NCBI RefSeq assembly: GCF_009914755.1
Contig: NC_060941.1
Length of the DNA stretch: 64,000 nucleotides
Source of the DNA: the human T2T-CHM13v2.0 reference genome, Homo sapiens
Reading direction: 5' to 3' (one strand)
Shown: piece after piece, positions 41,991-52,620 of the stretch
How positions within the stretch are numbered: position 1 is the stretch's first letter
Layout of the letters: each line of letters begins with the position of its first letter
Notes under the pieces: generated by a model
Told to the model about the DNA's origin: nothing
Database searches by the model: none
What the model saw: only the letters and a program-made list of their open reading frames with translations
Made by a program: the position numbers and the translations under genes

Positions 41991-43968
41991 GACTCCACAT
42001 CTTGATCACATCTTTCCCTTGTTTCTCTCTTCTGTCTCTAGCCCTTGTTCTCATCCGCTTCCCCACTTCAATTTTCCTCTTATTTTCTCTTTCCTAGCTT
42101 CCCCAGCTTCCCCTCTTCCATCTTCCTTACAACTATTCCTATGAGTAATGCCCCCTAGCATTGCCTCTTAGCCTGACATTCTTGAAACCATACAGTTGAA
42201 ACCCTGTTAGAACATTACCACACTGTACTGTTTTCCCCGGCATTTGCTTACCACTCCGTAAGCTGTTGGTGCAGTTTCTGCACATCTAAGATTGTTCTGC
42301 ACCAGTAACTTGTATTAAGAGCAATTATGATCATCACTATTGTGCTCTCACCGAGTGCCTATCACTGCTCTAAGCACTTTACATGGATGAGCCTACATAA
42401 TCCTTGCTTGAAGGAGATATAATTTTCCAGATGAGGAAACTTAGGAAGATAAAATAGCTTGTCCACAACCACAGAGTGGCAGAGCCAGAATTCAAATGCA
42501 GGCAGCCTTGCCCCAGATCCTACACTCTGAGCAGATGGGACCCTAAGTTAGTTGCTCGTAATCCTGATTCAGGTGTCCTGGCATGCCATGAGTCACACTC
42601 ACACAGGCTGTTCTCTGCTGTGATAAGAAATTGAAATTTGGACCCACTATTTGCTTCAATGACATTTAGAATTGATAACTCTTTTTATTTTCAACTTAAA
42701 TGGTAGTATCTCAGTAGGACACTCACAGCTTTAAATCCCATCAAGATTTTAACTCATCACCATTCCGAAGAGATCTTACTTAAATGATTTTTTTTGTGTG
42801 TGTTGTCTGTCAGGAATATAAATTGAAGATATAAAAGCCAGCACCCGCAATAATTCTGCAACTGGTAGGAGGCAACCCAGGACCTCTTGGTGACCTTAAT
42901 AAGGGTCTTCTTTGGCTTATCCAGGATGTGACCTTCTGCAGCCTCCAGTATTAGACATTCCAGGGCATTTTCTGCCTTTTAAAAAGCATCTGATTCTCAT
43001 TCTGGTGTTTAATCAGAGAGAGACCGTTGGCCTCTTTCCATTCCTCATGGGAGAGCTCCATTTTTGTGCTCACATTTTTCATCTTTGGTGATACTCAGGG
43101 TTGATGTTTTAGTGGGCTAGACTTTCTGCATTGGATTAAAACCTTTCACATGAGCTTGGTGAATTCTCCAGTGACCAAGTCCCCTGGGGGCCTCCAACCC
43201 TATAGATTCCAGCATGATAAGAGTGGAAAGGAGTCCGGAACATCATGCCTGGGGTATAGTGAGCACTCACACCATGGATTTATTTTTTCATTTTCCAAGC
43301 CCCCAACCATGTAAGGTATTTTATAAACATTATTTTATTTGATTCTCCCAACAATTCTATACCACTGGAATTATGTCCGTCTTCATTTTTCTAGATGAAG
43401 AGACAGAGGCTCAGAGACTAAGCTTCCCAGTGCTCAGGGTTACATGGTGAAGGAGGCAGAGTTTGCATGTACACCTGCTGAGCCACAGGGACCATGCCTA
43501 TGTGTTTTATTTGTGTGCTATCTGCTCCCTGAGATGAATGAGGTTAGATATTTTCTTAGGAGAAGAAATACTTGGAAGGCACAAATGGGGTATGACAAAC
43601 TATGTTCAGCTTCTCTGTGGCTAGCAGACCTGAGCTAGCCCCCTCCCCCTCTGTATTTGAATATAGTCCCATCTGTTACCTACCTATGTAAGGCTTCCAG
43701 GTAAGGAGGATGTAAGGCTGTTGGCTGGCAGGAGGCAGAACACAGTAGATCCACAGACTAGTAAAGGCAATGCCTGTCTCTGACTTCCGATCTTAGGGCT
43801 GTACCTCCCTCATTTGTGTCCAAAGACCCAACATCTTTAGGGTTCTCCCCCTGCCTCCTCCCCATCTAACCCTGCCCACTGACAACTCCAGTGCCTTCTT
43901 CTCAAGTTCTTCTGTAATTCTTAATTTAATAATCAAACTATGCTGATAAACTATGCTAATTGCCTAGA

Positions 43969-44990
43969 TCTGTGGTTCTGCAACTTTTATGGACATCAGA
44001 ATCACCTGGAGGCTTGGTAAACACAGATCATTGGACCTCACCCCAGAGTTCTGATTCAGGAGGTGTTGCCAGTGCCGCCGGTCCAGGGACCACACTGTGG
44101 GAACCACTGAATCAGGGAGCCTGGTCCCAGTTATATGTGTGTTGATGGTGTCTGACCAGTTGGGTATCTGATAATTCAGCCTTACTGGGAAAGATGCCAT
44201 GGGAAGATAGGAAGGCATTTGAGATAGGAGACTCAGGCTTTTGTCCCTTCATCATAGCAGTAGATAATTATCTTTTACGTTGACGTGCAGTGGCTTTAGA
44301 CAGCTTCTCATGGTTGTGAGCCTCTGCCAGCTCTTAAATCTTTGAGCCTGTTTTCCTCTGTGGATGAAATGGCCTTTCCTTCTAATTATTTTTGATTCCC
44401 ATATCAGGTTTCTCAAGCTAAGATTGCATTGGAAGCACCTGGAGGTCTTGTTAAAGTGAGGATTCTGAGTTATTAAGTCTGAGGTGGGACCCAAGGTTCT
44501 GCATGTCTAATGAGCTCCCAGGTGATATAGATGCTGCCGGTCCATGGACCAGCAATTCTGAGTTACAACTGTATACAGCAGTGGTGCTTGCCCCTGCTGC
44601 CCAGTAGAATCACCCAAGGAGCTTTTAAAAACGAATACTTGAGCCACATTCCTTGGAGATTCTAGTTTAATTCTGGGGATTAGAATTTTTAACTCCCCCA
44701 TTCCCCAACCCCCATGTGATTCCAATGTACAGTCAGAGTTGGAAGCCATTGGCCTTTACCCACAAAAAGGGATAACACCTTCTGGGAGCTCAGGTGCGTG
44801 TGTGGCACCATAGACCAGGTTGGGCTGGTCGCTTCCATGCAGGGAGGGTGCACCATTACTCCTGGGGAGCTGCAAAGGTCACCTGGGAATCTTGTTAAAT
44901 TACAGATTCTGCTTTGGCAGGTTTGGGGTGGGACCTGGGTTTCTGCATTTCTAATAGATATCTTAGTGTTGCTGATGCTGCCAGTCCAGG
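43969..44990. mobile_element. Cluster of about four MER5A/MER5B-type hAT MITEs (about 43969-44110, 44405-44570, 44579-44752, 44875-44990)
   Basis: Recurrent catcagaatcacctgg, cttgttaaa, tgcatttctaa and gatgctgccggtcca motifs. Confidence 0.8.
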
Positions 44991-45226
44991 CTGGTGCTAA
45001 GTCCCAAGACCCACCCACAAGGGCCCACACGATGCCCATTATCTCTGCCGGTGGTGGCAGCGGGTAGCTTTTCTCATGTCGAGTGTTAGAGGCTTTTGGC
45101 TTCCACCATCTGTCTCCTTAAACGCCATTCTGACGTCTCTTTTATTCAGCTTGGTATTGACACAAGACAGCGGGCAATATAGGTCTGTTCTCTTTTTGTA
45201 ATATTTTCTTCCTTCTCTCTTCACAG

Positions 45227-45383
45227 TACGAGATGCAAAAAATCTAATCCCTATGGATCCAAACGGGCTTTCAGATCCTTATGTGAAGCTGAAACTTATT
45301 CCTGATCCCAAGAATGAAAGCAAGCAAAAAACCAAAACCATCCGCTCCACACTAAATCCGCAGTGGAATGAGTCCTTTACATT
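45227..45383 (+). CDS. PRKCA: PKC-alpha coding exon 6 (157 nt): C2 domain including D187/D193 and the lysine-rich strand region
   Basis: Long pyrimidine tract plus cacag|TACGA, donor ACATT|gtaagt. Translates (V)[51 protein letters not shown](F), in frame with exon 5. Confidence 0.98.
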
Positions 45384-46040
45384 GTAAGTGGTCTCTCCTT
45401 GATCAAATTTCATTCCTATACACCATGCAGTTGCCCACCTCATTATTTGAGGTAATGAAGTAGGTTCATTATAAACGTCTTTAAACATGTCTTCAGTCCT
45501 AAGACCTCCTCAGGCTGCCATTAGGGAGGTAGCTATTAGCACCTGTTCGATAGATAGTAATTTGATTTATCAAGAGTTGCATAATTCAGGCCTCAGATTA
45601 TTATTATCTAATCTGGATAAACAATTCTATTTAAGGAAATAGAATTAAGGTAAATAGAATTTAAGCTAAAAATGTGTCAGGTGTGTCCACCTCTTGATGG
45701 ACTTAGGTTCTTTTGGGAGTTAGGGGAGGGCATAAGGCAAGAATTTAAATAATTTTTAGACCACAGAATGAGTGAGTAACATAGAAAGTGTTATTGCCAC
45801 TGAAATGGGAAGATCATTCTTGCCTTCAAAGAGAGAAGACTTCCTGGAAAAGGTGACATTTAAAGCCAGCCTGGGAGGGTTGCCAGGATTTCAGAGGTAG
45901 AGAAGGGGAAGAAGGAAGGAGGGAATAAATAAATCAGGAGGACTGAGTGTAGCTGAGGGAAAGCAAGAGTTCCCCTTTGTAGAGTAGTATACAGGAAGCA
46001 GTTTTTCTGTGGACAACCAGAAAGGTAGCTGTCTATTCTA

Positions 46041-46259
46041 GAGGGACCAGCAAGCTCTGCTCTATAAAGGATCAGATAGTATATATTTTAGGCCTTGTGG
46101 GTCATATAGCCTCTGTTGCACCGGTATAACTTTCTAGTGCCAAAGGAGCCATAGGCAATATGTAAACAGATAGCCATGGCTGGGTCCTAATAAAACTTTA
46201 TTTATAAAAATAGACAGTGGGATAGATTTGGCCCATGGGTCATAGTTTGTTAACTCCTG
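46041..46259. mobile_element. MER58A-like hAT MITE (intron 6)
   Basis: cagatagtatatattttaggc...aataaaactttatttataaaaa...gatttggcccatgggtcatagtttg. Confidence 0.8.
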
Positions 46260-46417
46260 TAGTGCTTTGCTTGCCAGCATAAGGGGTTGGTATTTTACTG
46301 GACCAGGAAGACAAATATACTATTTCTTTATCTCAGGCTCGAGTCATATACATGTGGTATCTCCCAAGAAACCATGATCAAGATAACCTAGTGTTTGCAT
46401 GTGTGTGTGTCTTGTAG

Positions 46418-46552
46418 CAAATTGAAACCTTCAGACAAAGACCGACGACTGTCTGTAGAAATCTGGGACTGGGATCGAACAACAAGGAATGACTTCATGG
46501 GATCCCTTTCCTTTGGAGTTTCGGAGCTGATGAAGATGCCGGCCAGTGGATG
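46418..46552 (+). CDS. PRKCA: PKC-alpha coding exon 7 (135 nt, phase 2-2): C2 domain including D246/D248/D254
   Basis: Borders ttgtag|CAAA and GGATG|gtatgg. Translates (F)[44 protein letters not shown](W). Confidence 0.98.
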
Positions 46553-46636
46553 GTATGGAAGCCGCTTAGGTTGAGTATGTCTCAAAGCATCAGACCATTT
46601 AGACAGTTAGGTTTCAGTCTCTCAAATGTCAGTTGA

Positions 46637-46940
46637 GGCCGGACATGGTGCCTCATGCTTGTAATCCCAGCACTTCAAGAGGCCGAGGCAGGTGGATTGC
46701 TTGAGCTCTGAGGTTTGAGACCAGCCTGGGCAACATGGAGAAACCCCACCTCTACAGAAAATACAAAAATTAGCCAGGTGTGGTGGTGTACCCCTGTAGT
46801 CCCAGCTACCCAGGAGGCCGAGGCATGAGGATCACTTGAGCCCAGGAGGCTGAGGCTGCAGTGAGCTTTGATTCCGCCACCGTCCCCCAGCCTGCACAAC
46901 AGAGCTACCCTGTCTCAAAAATATAAAAATGTAAAAAAAG
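46637..46940 (+). mobile_element. Alu (AluJ-like) making up most of the 514-nt intron 7
   Basis: Dimeric Alu with tcaaatgtc on both flanks. Confidence 0.9.
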
Positions 46941-47066
46941 TCAAATGTCTACTGATCTGGCTGTAGCCTCTCCGTAGGATGCGTTTCACAAAACCGCTCG
47001 ACTAGAGGCTGCAGGAAAGGCTTGTTAAACTTGCGGTGGTAACTCTTCTTCTCCCGTCCTTGAAAG

Positions 47067-47163
47067 GTACAAGTTACTTAACCAAGAAGAAGGTGAGTAC
47101 TACAACGTACCCATTCCGGAAGGGGACGAGGAAGGAAACATGGAACTCAGGCAGAAATTCGAG
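47067..47163 (+). CDS. PRKCA: PKC-alpha coding exon 8 (97 nt, ends in phase 0): end of C2 and V3 hinge
   Basis: Borders cttctcccgtccttgaaag|GTAC and TTCGAG|gtgagg. Translates (W)[32 protein letters not shown]. The D294 codon GAC at 47125-47127 is the usual residue. Confidence 0.98.
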
Positions 47164-48666
47164 GTGAGGATAACAAAATGCCCGGAAACACCTTTCCTTT
47201 AGAAAGCCCAACTTCAGGAACGGCCGAGATGTTGTGGTCACATTTTTGAAAAGCAAAAAAAAAGTAATCTCAATGTTAATGATCTTTTTCTTTATTTAAA
47301 AACATGAATGTTGTTCGTTCCCTTTCCTTTGCAAGCTGTTGACTTTTTATGACTCTTACCACTTAGAAAATGGAAACTGGAAATATCCCAGAACTGAGAG
47401 CATGGTTGATTTCTGCATAAGAGATCTGTTTGCACATCACTGGGGAGAGAAGCAGGCTCTGAGGGCAGGATTGTTCTTACAAAGGAGGACTTGTGCTCTT
47501 CTGAAAAGGAGGAAGTCATTTTGGCCTTTCCTTGGGAGCTCATTTGTGTGTAATCAGGCTATCATCTGAGACTTTTTTTTTCTACAGAAAGTACAAGGTT
47601 CCTAATTTTGTTCTGAAAGAGCAGCTTAAACAAATATGCCTTTGTGTGTGATCCCTTTTTATTTATGCTCCAGATGTTTAGCAAAGGCCACCTCCTTCTC
47701 TTCTTCCTCTTGGTATTTGTGTTTGCCTCTGTCCCGGATTCACTGGTCTTTTTACTTCTCCTCCTCTGCTCCTTACTCCTCTTTTTCTTCTCCTCTCTCT
47801 CCCTTCTCCTCTTCATTTACCGACATCTCAGCTTTTAGTAAACGGTTCTTTTCTGTAAGCACCTTCCTTATGTTTTAAAGGCACAACTTCTAATATTTGT
47901 CTGTTTCTCTAATCACCCTTCATTTTGGCTGTTCGAGGGACTCCTAGAGTAGCCTTTTCAGTCTGTGTAACTGGTTAATTCCTTCGTGAATCTTTCTCTT
48001 CTTCAGACTTGTTAGAATTCCCTGGAATTTCCCCGCTCTAGAGCAATACACGTGCACACGCACACATGTGTGTAGATGCTGAACTGCTACTGAAATGTTG
48101 ACACTAATGGGATGCTGATGCTCCTCTTTTCCTTCTTCTGTTGTTCTCCAAGAAACATACAGATCTGGGGGGTGGGGAAGAGTGGTCTTGGGGGGATAAT
48201 AAACCTCCTTCATGCCCCCCACAAAAGAAACATATAGGTCTTATCCAGAGAGAATGAATCCCAAAGGATGTAAAACATGCAGTTGTTCAAATTACTTTGT
48301 TAAACTGATGTTTGGTTAAAGTTGATGTTTGTGGCAAATACTAAATGGCAGGGGCTCTTTGGTTAGATGTCCTTGGGAGCACAGACGAGTGAAATGATTC
48401 ACAGATAATAAATGGCAATGAACGGCAGGCCTCGGGATTGAAGCAGGAGGGAGTGGTGGAGACTGGGGTGAGCTGGTAAGCTTCAGCTCTGTCTGCAGGT
48501 GGCAGCTACGGCTACCCTGCCCCACTCGATGTTTCTCACAGGCGAGTCCAGGCCCTCTATTGCCGGATCTTCCTTCTTCCAGAGAAGCCAGAAATCCAGG
48601 TTTTTATATGATACATTCTGATTTATCTTAATGTTGGCAGAGTTCTAATGTTAAAACTTAGAACCA

Positions 48667-48969
<303 letters not shown>

Positions 48970-48978
48970 TTAGAGCTG

Positions 48979-49275
48979 TCCGGATGTGGTAGCTCACACC
49001 TGTGGTCTCAGCACTTTAAGAGGCCAAGGCAGGCAGGTTGCTTAAGCTCACAAGTTTGAAATCAGCCTGGGCAACATGGCGAAACCCAGCCTCTACAAAA
49101 AATAGCAGGGTGTGGTGGCATGCACCCATAATCCTAGCTACGAGAATCACTTGAACCTGGGCACGAGAATCACTTGAACCTGGGAGGCAGAGGTTACAGT
49201 GAGCCAAGATCACGCCAGTGCACTCCAGCCTGGGCAACAAAGTGAGACCCTGACTCAAGAAAACAAACAAAAAAC
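48979..49275 (+). mobile_element. Alu (AluJ-like), second of a tandem pair, with an internal rearrangement
   Basis: Dimer in which acgagaatcacttgaacctggg occurs twice. Confidence 0.88.
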
Positions 49276-51825
49276 TTAGAACTCTGTGTAGGTCAAATAT
49301 GCATCTATTGCTTTAGACACCAGTAGGATTCAACCAGTAAGAACCAGCTTGCAGTCTCTGCTCTTCAAAAATAGAGAAAAAATAATTTTAAAAAATTATT
49401 TGTATAGTTATATATATTACAATATGTATAAATAAAAAGGTGCATGTATCTGTGTAACTACTATTTGTCTATCTATCAATAGAGAGAAAAGAATGAGATT
49501 CTTTTCAAAGATGCTTTATAATATTTAGAGGAATTCAAGTACAAAGATGAAAGTCAGGGTTTGGGGCAGGTTCAAATGTCTATGCCAGGCATAGCTCCTT
49601 TTCAATTTGTATTTCTTCCCTTGCTTCATTATCTGTTTCCACCCCTACCCTGCAGCTGAGGATGCAGACCTGGGGTACTGGACAGGACCACCTTCTTGAG
49701 CCCCATCCCTGATGTCACACCACCTCTGTGACGGATGGATCCTTCTAGAGAGAGTTTCAGGACTGAGTGCCAGCATTCTTCAGCTGTCTCAGGCAGGGGA
49801 GGAACCTGAGGAGCCAGAAAGAACCTTCCTTACCGAATGTTATGCCATGGTGTTGATCACGAGCAGTCACTGGGTCAGGGGCTGTTGACGCAGAAAGAGT
49901 GCATTCGAGGGAGGAACAGCACGGGCGTTCCCCACAGGGTTCCTCACAGTAATGTCTGAGACTTAGCTTTGCTGCTGGAGAAATATTGACCCACTCTTTG
50001 TGCTTCATTGTCGTGGCTTCCTGGTGAGTAAACTTCCTGTTTTTCTGGGCAATGAGTTCAGCTTTTTATAAAGGTCAGAGTTCTAAACAAACAAACAAAA
50101 TACAGGCCAGAGGACCTGAGCAAAACGAAGCATTTCTCTTGGGAGGCTGGTCAGAGGCCGCAGGGCTGTTGCTGCTTACTATTCCTCCTCCTGGGAGGGC
50201 TGTGGACTTGGCAGGAGCGCCAGCCCAAGGCTGTGAGCATCCTGGGGAGAGGTGGCATCAGCAGAGTTGCATGGGGTGGAGGCTCTGCTCTTCAGCCTAG
50301 TGAGGTCTGTGTTTGGAGCATCTACATGAACTGCATTCTAGCCTTTGCTTTAAATACCTTTCAGCTTATAGTTCCTAGATTTTACTCAAATTACATTAGC
50401 TCATTTGCTTAGAGCATTTTAAAAAAACACAACTGCAAGAGACTGGGCAGAAAGCCACTAGAGGATGGCGTCAAAAAGATGCTGAGAATTTTACGACAGC
50501 TGCCATGCTTCATTTTAAATACATATTCAGATCTGATTTTAGGCAGGGGTTCAATCACGTAATGGTGTTTTGTTGAGGTCTATAAATGTGAGAGTTGCAA
50601 GACTTCCCCAGTGCCAAGTTACTGGGAAGGGATGCACCAGGGCAGAAAGGCTGGCATCCACATTTGAGCAGTTCTGGGTAGCAGCCAGGCTTTGCAAACA
50701 GGGTGCCATCAGTTGGCATCAGGTCCAATTTGAGGCACCTCTTTGAGCCCCCACCCTGTTTCCTCCTTTTCGGTCTGTAGCATGAGTGCTTCCCAGTGTC
50801 TCCAGGCTCCCCTCTCTGGGCCCTTTCTCGCCAACTAACTGCCATTCTAACTTGCTTTCCATCACATTAGTCTTTTCTTCCCTACCCACTCTTTCATAGA
50901 TACTTTGCCACCCTCCAGTAACAGTTTGATTCAGCTGAGTAAGATTTTTTTGTTAAGTTCAATGATGAATCTGTATTGGTTGAAACACACACGAGGGTTC
51001 GTCCTGTTGGGAACAGGCATCACTCAGTGGGATCACACAGTGTCCAGTCTGTCCTTATCCTTCCATGTCCAGCCCTGTTTTCTAAAAAGGGTTCCCTCCA
51101 TGCAGTTTTCGAATCCTTCTCCAAAAATCAAAAGTCATTCAGTTGGATGAAAGGGAAACCAAACGAGCATTTACAACTCTGCCACTGCATTAGTATTCAT
51201 TCGATAATTAGGTGGAAAGTTTTTGCAATTTAAATGGTTGGTTCTCAAATCTTGGCAAACAGAATGATCAGTGACTGGAGCTCTTAGGAGCCAAGGAATA
51301 TTCCAGGGTGGCTGGAGATGACCTTCCTCGCTGGTAGAGATCCTGCTAGAGCAGTTCATCCTCCTACAAGACAAAACAAACCAGAACCTTGATTGCGATA
51401 CTCATGGACAGTGTGTCTGTGGGCCTTTAATCTGTTCCACGTTTGTCATCAAGTAAAGTACACGTGGTCCCTGATTCACAAACATAAATAATGCATTTTT
51501 CCATTTGTTAAAAAAAGTAAGGTGCCAGCAGTGGGCTAAGCAGACAGTTCCTGCTTTCTTTGGAGCTTACGTTCTGTATCTATGGGCCCTGCTGCAAAAA
51601 TATTTGGGAACAAAGCAGGGAGCTTATCATATCCCCTGTGCTGGCCAGTGATTCCCCTGAATCTCCAGGCACTATTGAGGACAACTGAGATTCCTGTTTT
51701 TCCCTCTCACTGCTTGGTCTCTGCTCCCTGTGATGAGGCTCACGGCCAGAGTTGGGAAAAGGTCCACCTTGCGTTAGAGGCAGTGCAGAGGATGGGTTAG
51801 CTCTGCTCAGCAAACTTTTTCTGTA

Positions 51826-52019
51826 CCTAGTCAGATAATAAATATTTTAGGCTTTATGGGCCATGCGGTGTCTGGTATAACATTCAAGTCTGCCGTTGCA
51901 GCTCAAAAGCAGCCACAAATACATAAACAAATGAGTGTTGGTGTATTCCAATAACACGTTACTTACAAAAACAGGTGGCAGACCAGAATTGGCCCAAGGG
52001 CCAGTTTGCCAACTTCTGG
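51826..52019. mobile_element. MER58A-like hAT MITE
   Basis: cagcaaactttttctgta...taaatattttaggcttt...aattggcccaagggccagtttgccaacttctg. Confidence 0.85.
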
Positions 52020-52316
52020 TTTAGCCCGTAGGCTCTAGAATCAAATCCTAGTTTAGTCACTTATTTACTATGTGACCTTTCTGTGCATTGGCATGCTTAA
52101 CTATAAATGGAAAAAATAGGTCAGGATAACTAGTTCTGTTTTTCTATTAGTTATAAATAGAACTAATATCCTGATACGATAGGATATTAGTTGTTGTCAG
52201 GGAAGTAAATATAATACCACAGTGAGAAGTCAGCTTGCACTGATCCTTCTCGATTCAATGGTTTGATGTTGGGTCCCGATTACAAACTGAAAAGTAGGCA
52301 CATATAAAAGATGATT

Positions 52317-52620
52317 TGGCCAGGCGCGGTGGCTCACGCCTGTAATCCTAGCACTTTGGGAGGCCAGGGTGCTGGATCACGAGGTCAAGAGTTCAAGACA
52401 AGCCTGGCCAAGATGGTGAAACCCTGTCTCTACCAAAAATACAAAAAATTAGCCGGGCATAGTGGCGGGCGCCTGTAATCCCAGCTACTCGGGAGACTGA
52501 GGCAGAGAATTGCCGGAACCCAGGAGGTGGAGGTTGCAGTGAGCTGAGATCGTGCCACTGCACTCCAGCTTGGGCGACAGAGCGAGACTCTGTCTCAAAA
52601 AAAAAAAAAAAAAAAAAAAA
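52317..52620 (+). mobile_element. Alu (young AluS-like)
   Basis: CpG-rich dimer with a long poly-A. Confidence 0.93.

Noticed and set aside
47562-47878. Lys/Arg/Glu-rich and Leu/Ser/Phe-rich ORFs
   Set aside because: These are artefacts of a CT-rich low-complexity tract.
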